Assembly: GCF_018977255.1 (NCBI RefSeq)
Contig: NW_024704743.1
Location: 112,656,001 to 112,720,000, forward strand
Source: Callorhinchus milii
Taxonomy: Eukaryota
Length of the DNA: 64,000 nucleotides
Direction: 5' to 3'
This document shows positions 1 to 14,629 of this stretch, one piece after another. The notes below the pieces were generated by a model. That model saw only the letters and a list, made by a program, of their open reading frames with translations, was not told the origin of the DNA and searched no databases. The position numbers and the translations under genes are program-made. Each line of letters opens with the position of its first letter. The first letter of the stretch is position 1.

Positions 1-2024
1 ATCGCCTGACTAACAGCATTGCAAACCAATCAGTGTGCACTTCAGGGGAGCTGCTAATTTTATATCAGAGTCATGCTTTGCAAGTTCAGCAGTGAAATGC
101 ACTTGCAAACTGTTAATCTAAATGCATATAGCAGTTAATACAACACGTGAATAGGACATAAAGTGCCCAAGATGAGAACTTCAAAGTGCATTTGCTTGGC
201 AGCGGTATTTGGTAAGGGAGTAGAAGTTAAACACAGCAAATACAATTCAGCTGCAAAGTCAGCAAATTGTGCAAATATTACAGGTATTCTGACACCATGG
301 GGAAGAATGGAGAGTGCTCCAGTCCTTCTATTTGCACCAATTTAGTGTCAGATAATATGATAGCTTTTGATCAGCTACTTGCTCAGACAGCTCAAAAATT
401 GCTGTTACAACTTCCTGTCGTAATTGCTTTTCATTTTACATTAGAGCCGCTGTTAATGAAAAACGGTCTTTTTCTGCCAAAACATCAAACCCCTTCAATT
501 TTAGTCGATCAAGTTCTGATTGCCAGCTTGCATTGCACTTGAATTTGTAGGTCTAGCTATTAAATATCTGAGTATCTTATCCATGAAAGACCTTGACTAC
601 ACAAGCACCTTGTAAATTGCTGTATTCTTGTAAAATCTTTTGCCTGTAAAATGGCACATTCTCAATGGCACAAAACACTTGTTACATATACGAATGGGTG
701 GGGAAAGAGTTTGTACAAAATTAGAAGACCAAGGATGAATTTTAGACTTGTACAAGGACATCCATTGATTTGTTTTCAGAGGGTGAAACTCCTATTCCTT
801 TGTAAAGTATTATTTTCTCCCATGTCCTTTTACAATAACAACAATTTGCACTTCTGTGCGGAATGAGCATCTTGACAGATATAGTGGAGTATCAATCGGA
901 TAAAGGAAGATTTAGAGTTGCCCAAAGATGATTATGATAATCTTTGATTTGATATACAGCCCAAAAGTCAAAAGGCTTATGGGTTGCATGCATTTGTTTT
1001 CTTGCAGTCCTAAATGAGGGAGTCGTGTTTTGAGGTTTAAAAGCTAAGATCAGTGTCCCGGGATGCAAAAGAAGAATGTTCCTTCCTTCTATACTAACGT
1101 CTCTCATTTTTTTTTAAATTCAAAGAAGTTAGCAGATTTCTTGCCAACTGCACTTTCAACAAAATGCCCTCACCAAATAACAACAGAGTTGAAAAGTAAT
1201 TTGTACTTGTGGAAAATTCCAACCTATAATAATAATCCCTGCACTTGATACAGTTAATGCTTTATCACGTCATTGAGACGTCTCAAAGCACTTCACATAA
1301 TATATTGTAAAATGAATTGACCATGTATTGTAGTGGTGAAATGCTCTATAAAATCTTTATAAAATCTGTAGGTGAGGGATCTTTAGAAGCCTCCAATTTG
1401 GATTCCGCCCAAAATCAATTATATTATTTTAGTACACAAGAAATAGCAACTGATGTAATAAAATGGCAAGGGATTACCCAAAATCATTTTACCTTTGAAA
1501 AAATGACCTTTACTTCTGTAGACCGATGTGCATTGCGCATAGTAGTACTCACATCTGATGAATCTTCATAGAAATTTCTAAGTGACATTAATTTGAACTA
1601 TATTAGGCAAGTGTAGGCCTTCAATGACGGCTGGCGGAGACATAGCTGAAATCCCATGGAGTTGGGAGCCATCTGGGAGGTAGCAACACTTAAGAGCTCA
1701 TCTTAGTGAGAACCTGCAGCAGCTGTACATTCTTTCTTTTTAAATTTGATACAGTGCCCAATGAAAACAAACACTATACCATCTCCACTGCAGCGCAGTG
1801 TGTTATATTTCGGTTTCTTGCAACTCGTGTATTTTACCTTTAGAACACTGCAGTCTGCATGGTCTGTATCTTGTACAAGGACATCCATTGATTTGTTTTC
1901 AGAGGGTCTGTATCCCATTTATAACATTGTTATTACCAGTGAAATACTCTTTGAACTAAGTAAGTTGACACTAAGCAAACCTGGAATAATTTTAAATTTT
2001 AACTTCTTAAATCACAATCATAAA

Positions 2025-3158
2025 TGATCTGGAGCTAGGAGTCACAAGCACCGTGGCTACATTTGCAGATGACACTAAGCTAATGAAGGTAGTGGATTAG
2101 AAAATGAATAGGTTACAGGAGGACATGAACATACTTGGGAATTGGGTAGATCGATGGCAGATGAAATTTAATGTAGAGAAATGCAAAGTGCTTCACATGG
2201 AGACAAAAAATCCAGGAAGGGACTATTATTTAAATGAAAAGAAAATGATCTGTATGGAAAATGAAAAGGACCTGGAATGCAGTGCCTGATAGGGTGGTGG
2301 AAACCAATTTAATAACAATTTTCAAAAAGGAATTGGATAGGTACTTGAAATGGAAAAGATTGCAAGGATATGGGGAAAGAGTGGGGGAGTGGGACTCATT
2401 GGTTGCTCTTCCAAAGAGCCAAATGGCCTCCTTCTGTGCTGTAATCTTCTATGATTCTATGACCAGGGGTTGACAATTGACAATAAATTTAAGCTATCGC
2501 AGCAGTGCTCGGCAGCAGTGAGTAAGGCAAACCAGATGCTGGGTTGTATTAAAAGGGTAATATTGAGCTAAAATAGTGGGGTAATCCTGGCACTTTATAT
2601 ATCACTGATGCGACCGCACTTGGAATACTGTGTGCAGTTCTGGTCGCCGTAATACAAAAAGGATATTGCAGCGATTGAGAGGATTCAGAGGAAGGCAATC
2701 AAAATGATAGAAGGGATGGAGGGACTTGACTACAGGGAGCGATTAGGTAAACTGATCATGTTTATGCTGGAGAAGAGAAGGTTGAAGGGCAAAATGATTA
2801 CCATCTTTTAAGATTCTGAAGGGACTAGATAATGTAGATCATGATAAGCTGTTTTATCTTGTACTGAACAGTAGAACCAGCGGACGCGGCCTGCAATTGA
2901 TGGGGGTTAAATTCAGAACAAATCTGCGGAAACACTGCTTCACTGAACGAGTAGTAAATTTATGGAACAGGCTCCCTAGGGAGACGATGGAAGCAGAAAG
3001 TGTGTTTGTTTCAATAACAAATTAGATCGATTTCTGCTAGAAAGTAATATCGCAGCATATAGTTTGGGACAGGACATGTAAAGCGACTGCCAAGATGGTA
3101 GAAGGCGAACCAGATGGGCCTTGGTCTTCTTTCGCCTAGCAAATTCTTTTGTTCTTAC
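2025..3158 (+). mobile_element. CR1 LINE 3' fragment (degenerate RT and tail), interrupted by a second CR1 3' end
   Basis: FADDTKL, WQMKFNVEKCKVLH, RPHLEYCVQFWSP and LEKRRL motifs with stops and frameshifts. Confidence 0.9.
2273..2462 (+). mobile_element. CR1 3' end nested in an older CR1
   Basis: WNAVPDRVVE...FKKELDRYL, ending in the CR1-type tail ttctatgattctatga. The host CR1 resumes at ~2463. Confidence 0.8.
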
Positions 3159-3294
3159 AGTTGATGCTATTATTTGACAGTTATTAATTGCAGGACAATT
3201 TGATAATATGAGCAACACGTTTTAGTAAGTTAGATTACTCCCTCCCACCCCCCCACCACCCCCCAATCATCCGTTTGCCAGCTTGCATCCTTTT

Positions 3295-3502
3295 CAAGCC
3301 AGGAGAACGTATGTTTTTTACTCAGACAGTAATCAATGACTGTAGCAGGCTGCCTGGGAGGTGGTAGAGGCCAGGACACTGGACTCATTTAAAAAGCAGC
3401 TTGATGCAGTGATGGAAGGGGATGATAGAGTGGGTGTTCTGGAGGGATGAGATCGTATGGGCCAAGGGGTTTCTTCATCCAGACCAATCTTGTGATCGTG
3501 TG
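3295..3502 (+). mobile_element. CR1 3' end fragment
   Basis: ctgcctgggaggtggtagaggcc...tttaaaaagcagcttgat...atgggccaagg...cttgtgatcgtg, a CR1-like terminus. Confidence 0.65.
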
Positions 3503-3899
3503 TGAACTGACCATGACTTTGGTCTCAATGGTGTCCTACATCCAGCAAGAACCAGATAGTCTTTGGGTGTGAGACAATTTTATCTAAAAAAAACAAGGTA
3601 AGAAGCTTGGGCTGTAAAAGGTTTATCACATGAAGAGCCTGACAATAAATGGCAGTACATTGTACTGCAATGTGAATGCAGAAACGGAGTAAGTGAATTG
3701 AGTGTTCTGACTGCTGAACTTTGAGTGCACTTGTAGCAGGCCAGGCAAGTAACACTATCTGTACTTCCAGAAGTAACCATGCATTACATAAGATGTTGTC
3801 TGGCAATACTCATCTATATATCCGGGTTCTCACCTCCACAACATTACCTGCCTCTGGCCACTACACTGCCTGCCCTGCCACTACATCACATATCTCTGT

Positions 3900-4250
3900 C
3901 ACTACATCACCCATCACCCAATAATTCAGCTTGTGCCCTCTCCGTTACTAGGCTCCCGAGTCTTTCATCCCCATCCTCTCAGCTGCACTGGCTCTCCATC
4001 AGCTAACGGACCAAATTCAAGATTCTTTCCCGCAATTTTCAAATTCTTCCATGGCCTCTCCCCATCCTATCACTTCAACTTGTGACCATACTGCCCCATC
4101 CACTCCCTCTGATCAGCAAACACTGACCTACTTCACATCCACACCCAATCATTATCAACCATTCTGCCCCTGCTCTCTGGAACTCCATCCAACTATTTTA
4201 GATTTAGGTACATTTTACCTCCAACACCCCAGAATCAACTTTAAAATAAA
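3900..4250 (+). mobile_element. Old L2 3' fragment
   Basis: Degenerate NSA...LHWL...KFKIL segment resembling the L2 copy at 33270-33600. Confidence 0.6.
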
Positions 4251-7200
4251 AGAAACTGCATGTTTTGTTATAGAGTTGCAATATTCTTGCATACCCCAAG
4301 CCTAGCTGCTCAAAACCCAAAAGATAAATTACTTATTGAAAGAAATGAAATGACTGGAGCACTAGGATTTAGTTTCCCTTCTGAAAGAAAAAGTCTACCA
4401 TGGGCCTATGTCTATGTTCAAATATGTAGTCATTTCACTTTACAGTATATTCTGTGAAGCGCTTTGAGCCATCTCGAAGACATGATAACGCACTACGTCA
4501 AATACAAGGATTATTATTATTAAGTACTGCTGTTTAAAAACATATTTAATCTCAAAGCCACTCGCGTGTTTTCAAACTATCTTTTATATGAAATGTCCAT
4601 TATAAATGCAAGTTTTTTATTTGAATTAAATTGTGTTACTGTATCTATTTTACTGTAATTGTTGTACAAGGTCGGGTACTAAATGCTAATATCCAGAATT
4701 AAAATATTATACTGTTTAAAACAGGTACATTTAGTATTTTTTCAAGGAAAATAGTCTGAAGAGCTTTAAAAAAAATTGACCGATAAATTGCTTATGTCTG
4801 TAGTTAAATGGTGAATGGACATTTGATCAACCATTCAGAATCTACTTTGTCAGCCTGTGAATATAATTCTGCCATTGGAGCAGGATGAATCTCTTTGCGC
4901 TATAGTCATGTGAGGCAAACACAATTGACTTCTTTCCATTATAAAAAGAACAGCACTGGGATTGGCTTAATTTGCTAATGCAAGCCAAAGCTAGATATAA
5001 AAAAAACATACATTATTATGGAAAATGTCATTAAAATATTCTTTATTTTAAGATTTATGCTTAAAGCGTGTACGCCTTAGTAAACAAAGCATGTGAAATG
5101 TCTGTGACAATTGAATGCATCAAGCGTAAGTAATAATGTGGAATGCTACAGCATTAGAATATTGACAGGGTATTTTGAGTTTGTATCTGCAAGACATACT
5201 GCAGCATTGAATGAATAGTAGCTTTGAATGAGCAACCATATTGCATTCAGCTGTTTTCTACACAATGAATGGGCTAAGTAATTTAATGGAAAAATCACAT
5301 CCCAGAATCTGATGGCAGAAAATGTATATGAACAGGAATGGATTAATTTATGGCATAAAAAACTGCTTTATTGGCAATGCTGTTCAAATGAGATTTTAAA
5401 CCAAAGTTCTTCCCGGGGTCTTGGCAAGCAATCTCCCAGAAAAAAATTGTTCATTGGCTACATGTTTGTTTGTTGGACATTGCTGCCTGCAGTTTCTCTG
5501 CTGCTTTCTTCTACAAAACACGCCATCACACTTTACAATAAAATCTTGTGAAGTGCTTTGAGACATCCTCCCGACATGAAAGATACTATAACAAATGCAA
5601 GGATTATTTTATTATTGAACATTTTCTGTGGCTGTGGGTAAGAAGAGCCCACTTAGACAAGAGGCTTCATCTCTTGAGAACAATTTGATTTGTATGGTAT
5701 TTGAAGTATAGGCACGCATCTTAAGCAACAAATGCATTTTCTACAGCACTACTCCTTAACACTTTGGGAACATTGGCTTACCATGCCTTTTGCTGTTTTT
5801 TGTGGCAAAGCAATTTTGGTCCCAATAAAGGCCAATTTACAAATTCAGACTGTTTTGCTTCGCTAAACTGTTAAGAACAGCGTGGTTGAACAATTACAAC
5901 TCCTCCTGGATCTTTAATCTTGCATCCAGCAGTAAGATTAACTTCAGTAGACTGAAATACTGAAATAACTGAAATAAACTCTCTTCTAATTTGCCTTCAC
6001 TTCAATTTCTTGCACCAACTGCTCTTGTGACCTCTCTGAGTCAGATTGCTAATTTATAGACAATTTGTGGTGAATTGTTGGCAGTTTTGTACTTTGGATT
6101 CACACCTACTGGAAATTGGACTGAATTATATCTGGGCCTTGTAAGTGAAAGGGCAATTTGTGAAATTTGTAATATCTCTGGCACTGTGTTTCATTATAAG
6201 CTCATATTTTCAGTAGGTAAGCATTGTGTAGCAGAATTTGTTCTCTTGGTTTCAGGATTAAATATTTTTAGATTGCGTAGTTATAATTAAGTACAAAGTA
6301 AGCTTCCTCTATTTTGCTACAACAATGTGATTTCATCCCAATTCAATTGGACACTCTATCAGTATGCTCAGCCACTTAAACATTTAGCTTCATGGAAGCC
6401 AGTGAGCTTTTTATTAGGAGAATCCTCGGGAATCTTAACACTAAACTTATGATCCGATGCAGCAAACATTCTCGGGTTTAAACCAGCCGTAAACAGTAGA
6501 CAAAAGGTACTCCAGTTTTCAAATGACTGCCTTTTTTTTCGTAATAGCACAGATTTTTATTCTGTTGGATGGAGAGAAATTAACCACAAATAGTCTTCTT
6601 ATTTTAGCACCAACTATGAAGAGTGTATATGTACAGTATGTATCTGTGTTGTATAGCGTATGATACCAGAGTTTTTAAAAATGATTTGTTCTCCCATTGT
6701 AGCTTTGTCCTCTTTTATTTACAGAGGATATATAATATAAAATTGGGAGGATTCTAAATGAATGGGTAACATATACTGGAGACTGCTTTGCTTTCACCTT
6801 GTTATTGGTGTAGCAATATTTAATGAGTGGAGCTGTCTAAAATCCATCGCTAGTATTGTATTCTGCATTAATAATCTAAACGCATTCTTGGTATTAACAT
6901 TTCTGTGATTTGTTTTGGGTTACATAATTGTGACAAAGATAAAAGGAGAAATACTGCTATGTTTCTCATTGTAAGTTAAGGTTTATTTTCAACAAGGTAT
7001 GCCAGAAATTCATTCATTGAATGGTTTTCATTCTGACAATTTTGCAGCCCAGAGGCTTTTGCTGTACCAGATCTAGGTTTCATGCATCACAGCCTCTGAC
7101 TATTTCCAAATGATATGTTGAAGTATTCCTGTTTGCCCTTACTGTAACAGCTATCAGTTGCGATCGCACAGTTGTTAGCTGTTTAAAACCTGTTGGATTT

Positions 7201-7854
7201 TATGACAAACCTGCTTATTATATTTATTTATGAATATGCTCAGGAATATAAGTCCTAATGGGCAACTTGTGATTCAGCATATCTTTGCCATTCTGCTGTG
7301 TGTATTAATCATCGGTTCATCTTTTAATGTAACAAGTCCTCCCACTTGCTATTTGTGGCTAGACTTTATCACATCATTCCTCATAAAGCTCACTGCAGTG
7401 AAACTCTGATCACTCATTACCCCAAGGGAAATAGTTCAAATGACTATTTATCAGAGTTGTCTTGTTAACCAAATTAGAGTATCACAAAAGTACAAAGTAC
7501 TCGAATAGCCGGGATATTGAGTGAGCGACTAGTTGTATGTGGTTGACTACTTATCCCAGGGGCCAGGTATAAGATTTTCGCTCTTGTATAAGATGCTTGT
7601 TTTTGTTTTGTGTCAGCTAAGGGTTTATAGATTGGACAAAAATGTTCTAGTTGCACATAATATAACAACAAAAGGTTATAACTAGGATGGCACAAGATGC
7701 CACAAAACCTCACCATTACACCATCCTCTTTGCCAGCTCCTGCAGTTACACAGTCCCACCATTTTAGCATTGGCTTTCCTTATCGCAGAAGTAACCCATT
7801 CCATTAGCTTCCAAAATGACTTGCCTGCTACCATACAACAAGCCTCTCACCCAT

Positions 7855-8352
7855 TACAATACAAAATTATATCTCTATGGCGCCTTTCACCTCGGGAGGA
7901 CGTCAGGGGGTTGGGATCAGAGAGGGTGGAGGCCAGGGGGGGTAGGGGTAGTAAGGTGGCCGAAGGCGCAGTCAAAGAGGAGGGTCTTGAGACGTGCCTT
8001 GAAGGAGACAAGGAAGCAGGGAACGAGGTGAAGGGAATGTGGGATGGAGTTCCAAGGTGGGGGAGGCAAAGAGGCTGAAGGTCCGACCACCTATGGTAGG
8101 GTGGGCCGGGGCGGGGGGGTGGAATGTGGGGCAGGCTGGAGTCTGCTGAGCGAACGGACAGGTTGATAAAGGGTTAGCAGGTCACAGAGGTAGGGTGGAG
8201 CAGACCATGTAGAGTCTTGAAGGGGAAGACGAGGATTTTTAACTCTATCCTCCAAGGGATAGGGTGTCAGTGGAGCCGGGCGAGGGTGGGGTTGATAGGG
8301 TAACGGAGCCTGGTGTGGGAGAGGATACAAGCTGCAGAGTTCTGAATGATCT
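7855..8352 (-). mobile_element. L2 LINE 3' fragment
   Basis: The reverse complement aligns by eye to the 3' end of the L2 at 33265-33850, including the tail gacgtcctcccgaggtgaaaggcgc. Confidence 0.88.
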
Positions 8353-8761
8353 TCTTATTGCAGCAGTCTGTTACTGTACAAGACATCCTGGGTACCAGCT
8401 TGAATCAAAAACCATGAAACTAGCTAAAGAGATTCTTGCATCATGGAGTTGCTCCTGCATTACTTGAATGTTATCTTAACAACAGATGTCCAGCAAAATC
8501 TGCTATAAAAGAAAACATTTAGCCAGCATTGGTCTCACACATACATATACCCAAACACATTTTTTAGATTTATACTGCTCTAATCTACAAAATTAAATTT
8601 CAGCACTTCAAATGCCAAGCACATTCCCATCTTCATACGCTTAACTTCTGTAAACTAATAAGTACTCTCTGAGAGAACTCATTTCAAATGCTCTATTCAT
8701 AACATAAACCCTCTGGCAGATGTTCACCAAACAAGCTTACCTGCTGTTTATTTTGTCTCCT

Positions 8762-9688
8762 GATGTATGCGTATGACACACAAATCTACTTTGCCTCCTC
8801 CAGTACCAACTCCAGATTCGCTGATGTTCTATCAACTTGTCTGGCAGACATCAGGGCCTGGATGAGTGTAAACTTCCTGCAGCTGAATGAAAACAAGACA
8901 GAAGCCATACTCCTTGGCTCCCGTCAATGTCTTCACTCCTGCAGATCTAAACCCCTCAACTGCCCTGGGCTGTCCCTCAGACTCACCGACCATGCGCAAT
9001 CAAGGAGTCCGGTTTGACCCAGCTGTCCTTTCTGCCCCACATCCGGTCCCTGACCATGACTACCATCTTCCACCTCCACCACATTGCCCGCCTCTGACTG
9101 TAACTTACCCCAAATGCAGCCGAAACTCTCGTGGGTACGTTTGTCACCTCCCACTTGGATTACTCAAACACACTTCTCACCGGTCTCCCCAGCTCCACTA
9201 TTCAAAAGATCCAGCTCATTCAGAACTCTGTCGCTCGCATACTGACCCGACCAAACTCCATATCCCCATCTCACCAGTTCTGGCCCAGGCTCCATTGGCT
9301 CCCCATCACCAAACAGATCGACTTCAAGATCCTCACACTCGTGTTCAAATCCCTTCACTCTCTGGCACCTTTCTACCTCTCCAACCTCCTCACTCCCCAC
9401 TCTACCACCAGGAGCCTTCGCTCGACTGGCACCGGCCTCCTGCTCAGCCCTTGCACCCTCTGCCCCACCATCAGAGGTCGCGCTTTCAGCCACTACGCCC
9501 CGAAACTCTGGAACACTCTCCCTCAATCCCTCTGCCTTGCCCCCCCTCTCCCCCTTTTCAAATCCCGCCTAAAGACATTCCTCTTTGACTGTGTTTACCC
9601 AGCTCGGAATCAGGCTCCGCCACTATTAAGCTCTCTGAGACTCTACCTTGCTTGGAGGGTGCTATATAGTGCAAGTTGTTGTTGTTGA
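8762..9688 (+). mobile_element. L2 LINE 3' fragment (second subfamily)
   Basis: MYAYDTQIY, NFLQLNENKTEAIL, TSHLDYSN and LHWLPI motifs; ends ataTAGTGCAAGttgttgttg. Confidence 0.92.
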
Positions 9689-11212
9689 TGCTCCTCACCC
9701 AGTCATAACCAAATGTAGGCACTGACTGAAGTGCTTTGTCACCCTTCATGGTCTGCTCTCACAGTGAGATTGTCTGCCTCTATTAAGACGTTCCAATCTA
9801 TTTACCCCATGAGAAAAAACACTAAAATGCACAAAAATCCAAATCCTCACCCAACAATATTGCATCGCACTACATTTATTTTGTCAAAATACCAGATAAA
9901 CAATGTTTCCAATAGTAATATTCTGCTTAATTCATTTCTGAATTGGTCGCTAACTCGGGAGGTCAGCCTTAATACCTCGGGAGCGATGACAACCAAAAGA
10001 GCAGCTTTTAATAAATATTAAAAAATCTTTTTTAAATTGTTTCCGATTACACAAGATTTTTCAGGGTGATTCCCCTGATCATCAGCAAACCTACTCCAGC
10101 CCCAGTAAAATATTAACGCTGTGCCAATTGGATGCCATCTTTCACCCACAAAATACAGTCAATCCACTTTCAATATAGTCTGTGAAGCGCTTTGAGACAT
10201 CCCAATGATGTAATGAAGCACACCAAAATGTTATATGGAAAATATTTACAGTCTACTAAAGGGTTAAGAGCATGGCCTTTGTTTTGTACGCCATGAATCA
10301 CTGTCTCCCGAGTTAAGACCTACCGATGCCTACCATGCTCTACTAGCTTAGAACACAATACAGTTTTAATACAAATTAATTATGGGCATCATCATTATGT
10401 GAGCCTGTCATTTGGTTAAAATTGAACTTGGCTAGTGCAGCAACACTGTGCCTATGAATGTTAAGAATGTTTTGGGCAGGAATCTGCAAAATATGCTGAA
10501 ACGGCAACAACCTTCAGTTCTAAATGGAAGCTCATAATCTCATTTGAAGCAAAAGTGCTTATACTTGCACAGTGTAAGATCAGGTTCAGCATTTACAAAC
10601 CCTAACGGTTATATATTGAGAATTTCTTTAATGATGTGCAGGAAAGAAAATATTTTAACAGTAATGGGTGCATATCAGGGATTGTGTACTGATCTCTGTG
10701 TTTTTTTCAGGCTAAATAATAGTGCTTAAGTTTTTCTTTTAAGACAGATCAGGAAGGATTTGCAGTGGCTATAGGAATGGTTAGGTCTGGAAGACTGAGG
10801 CAGACATCTCTCTCTAGTCAGCGATAGATAATAACGCTAATCTCAGTACTGAGGAACGTATCAGTGTCTACTTTTCAATTTGCAGACCAAGCATTATGTA
10901 AATAATACAAATGCTTCTCAAGTGTAATCTTAACTTGTTTTGCAGCAGCTCAGAAGTGTGTCCAGTGCTGTCGCTACATTATCCAGATATCTCCAATACA
11001 CAGAAGGGTTATTAACTTCAGAAACCATTAACTTTCTTTCAGTTAGTATTTTTAAGATGATACCAAACAATTTTATGATGCAAATATTATCATCAAATAG
11101 AAACTTAAACCTGGATAAGCTCTTTAGTCTGTGTAAAATACATTGAATAATTTCTGTAAAGACCTCAGGAACAACTTTATGATATGTTTTTTAACTCCAT
11201 GAAGGAATTTAT

Positions 11213-11214
11213 TT

Positions 11215-11298
<84 letters not shown>

Positions 11299-11299
11299 T
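11213..11299 (+). repeat. (TTTC)n microsatellite, ~21 units
   Basis: Read directly from the sequence. Confidence 0.98.
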
Positions 11300-12817
11300 G
11301 TTAACAACCTAATGTATTTTTAAATTTTTTTTTAAAAGGGATTATTACCCCTGGAAATGCGATCCGACAATAGAATAACAACCAGGTTTCTATTTATTGC
11401 TAGGTAAACAGAGGCTATGTGTCTCAATTTGGAGGCCAGGTTAAGCACAACTAGTTCCCGCAGTAGCTGGACTGCAGCATCATGTCATCCTAGATCAAAG
11501 CGGTTAGCAAAGTAATGTTCATGTGTTCCAATCAATATCCATTGCAATTCCAAAAAGTCATCTCATCGTTGTGAGAGGTTTTAAAATAAAAATAAGAATC
11601 CTACCATTCAGAAAGCAGAACTTCTGTAAAAAAAACAACCAATATTGGCTGCTCTATTGATCCAGTATTTGGGTCACATTTGTTGATTCCAGAGCATTGA
11701 AAGTTCCTATCTCATTGATGGCTTGGCTAAACTCAGTACCTGAGGTCATTGTTAAATTTACTGACCTTGACTACGTGACACTACAATGAGCCAATTACAT
11801 GAGGTACTTGCCAAAGTCAGTAAATTTACTGTTGACCAGAGATCAGTTCTGTGGTGCTTTATTTATTGATTGTATTGATGTTATTGATGACTAAATAGTT
11901 TTTTTTAAATCTATTTGAGTCAATAAATGTTCTTTTTCTGGGGGAAAGTCAATCGATTTAAAAAAAGATTTTCCCGGCATTACATTTTTTTAAAAATTGA
12001 TGATTCCCCCCCCATCCCCCCACAGCATATGTGATGGTGAAAGCACATTTCCCACCTCCCCTCCTCCCCTGTGTTGCAATACCTGTTCCAGGAATGTGAA
12101 TGCAATGCATTGTGTGCACAGGTAAACTTGTTCTAGGAATGTGCACATATCACATTGCATGTGCCAACAAGTAGATGTTCCAAAATAAGTCCTGATTTTC
12201 ACAGAATTTACCCAGAGTAACTGTGCTAAATGTTCTTCCTATCCAATTTTCAATCTTTAGACAGAACAGGTTTATAATAATAATAATCCTTGCATTTGAC
12301 ATAGAGCTTTTCACGTCTTCTAGTCGTCTCAAAGCGTTTCACAGAATATACTGTAAAGTTTTTATAAAGTTTTTATTTCATCAATAAAAACTAGTTTTAT
12401 TGATCCTTAAGTGATACACAGTCTGAAACCACCTGTCCTGTTTAGATTTACTTCAGTGTGTAACAGGGAGATGTTTAATTTAAATGCAAAAGTATCTTGT
12501 TAAGAGTCCACGTCAGACCACTGCACCACGTAGGCTGTTCATTCATTGTTCACTATAGCCACTCAAAGCACTTTCTAAGCCTGGAATAATTTTTTAACAT
12601 ATTCCCATTTGGTAAATATCTCACCTTTTGGAAAGAGTGCATAATCTATTATGTGAATTGCTCCGAAACATGTTGACATGTTAAGGTGCTAATATAGAAT
12701 GCAACTATTGTGTTTCTACACATCGTATTTGGGTGACTTTATAATCCAATATTAATATTCCCAACATTAAAATCACTACAATTATAATGGATAAATATCC
12801 TTCTCTCCAGTGAATGC

Positions 12818-13550
12818 AGTCTCCTTTCTCCCTCATATCCGCGCCACAACTGGCACCGCCTTCCATCACCTCCGGAACATCGCCAGACTACGGCACTACC
12901 TCACCCCTCACGCTGCTGAAACTCTGGTCCACGCCTTTATCACCTCAAGGCTGGACTATGGGAACTCTCTCCTCGCCGGCCTTCCCGGCACCTCCCTCCA
13001 CAAGCTGCAGGTCATTCAGAACTCTGCAGCTCGTGTACTGTCCCGCACCAGGCTTCGGGACCACATCACTCCCACCCTCGCTCGCCTCCACTGGCTCCCC
13101 ATCCCCCAGAGGATCGAATTCAAGATCCTCATCCTCATCTACAAGGCCATTCACGCCCTTGCTCCCTCCTACCTCTCTGACCCACTATCCCGCACTTACC
13201 TGCCCGTACTCTCCGTTCCTCTGGCTCCGGTCTGCTCCACATCCCCCGCCCCAACTGCCCTACCATCGGTGGCCGGGCCTTCAGCCTCTCAGCCCCTAGG
13301 CTCTGGAATTCTATCCCCCATTGCCTTCGCCTTGCCTCCTCCCTTTCCTCCTTCAAGGCCGATCTCAAGACCTTTCTCTTTGACCGTGCCTTCAGCTCAC
13401 CTCTCGACTCTCTACCCCCTCCTCGCTCCCTCCCTTCCCTCCCCTCACCCATTTCCCCCCTGCTCGGGGCCTGACCCAACTGTACAGTGCCTTAGGACGT
13501 CCTCCCGACGTGAAAGACGATCTATAAATGGAAACTTGTTGTTGTTGTTG
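12818..13550 (+). mobile_element. Young L2 3' fragment
   Basis: Near-identical to 33075-33860; ORF 12810-13595 carries the RT C-terminal part; (TTG)n tail. Confidence 0.95.
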
Positions 13551-14629
13551 GCTCATTTGGAGAGTCTTCTCTTTATCCACCTCCTCCTCAGATAATAGTG
13601 CCGGCTACATTTGGAGCATGTCCCATTGTTGGAACGTCCTCCCAACGTGAAAGGCACAATAAAAATATAATTTGTATTGTATTAGCACAAGCTCCTATAT
13701 ACACTTTGCTAAGACTGCAGTATTGCTCAGTTCGTATAGTCATCTAACTGACTGATTGAGTTCCTCAATGTTCAATAAACCTCAGATCCCTAGCACATAA
13801 AATAATTCTTGCATTCAATATAGAGCCTTTCATTTCGGAGGCCATCTCAAAGCACTTCACAGAATTTACTGTAGTGTCGTGACTGTGTATTTTTGCAGGC
13901 TAACACACAAGCAATTAGCACAAGCAGTCTCACAAATAGCTATGAAGTGAATGAACCATTTTATGTGCGGGTTTGTTGACCAGTTTGAGAAGACCACAAA
14001 GTAGTCTTGTGTCACTTTGTCTTTGCACCAGTATGACTGCAGTTTAGTATCATTCATCCAGGAATGTATAAGGGACGCGGCACATGACAAATGTCCTTGA
14101 TGTTGTGTGATTGCCTATCTGAACTTTCACCCTCTCTGCCTGTACAGTATAAAGGGCGTGATCACTCAAGAAACAACTGTTTGGTTTTGCTGAAGGAAAG
14201 GGGTGAACTGTGTGCTTTTAAAGCTGAGGATTCCCTGGGAAATAGATCTTTTTGTACCTGATGCAGTATTGAGCATTCCCAGGCCAGGTACAACATACAC
14301 TGATCTTGCCTTCTACTTTTGTCCATCAATGTGCTGTGTAACCAAAATTATGGATGAGCGTAAAATTATTTTTTTTATTAATATTTTTATTCCTACCAGA
14401 GTTTTTTGCAAAACCAATATCTATCCCGTTGCCTTTGCAGAAACGCCTAGATTTTTAATTCTCAATTTTAAAATTTATTATCATTGTGCACTGCCTCTAA
14501 AATTAATAAATAACATTCCATTTCCAATTTAATAGTTATAGTTGCTTCTTTTATGGAGGGCCTCTTTGCACATTGACACTTTCACACAAGTTTAATGATA
14601 ACATTCTTATTGCAGCATAAAACTTTGGC

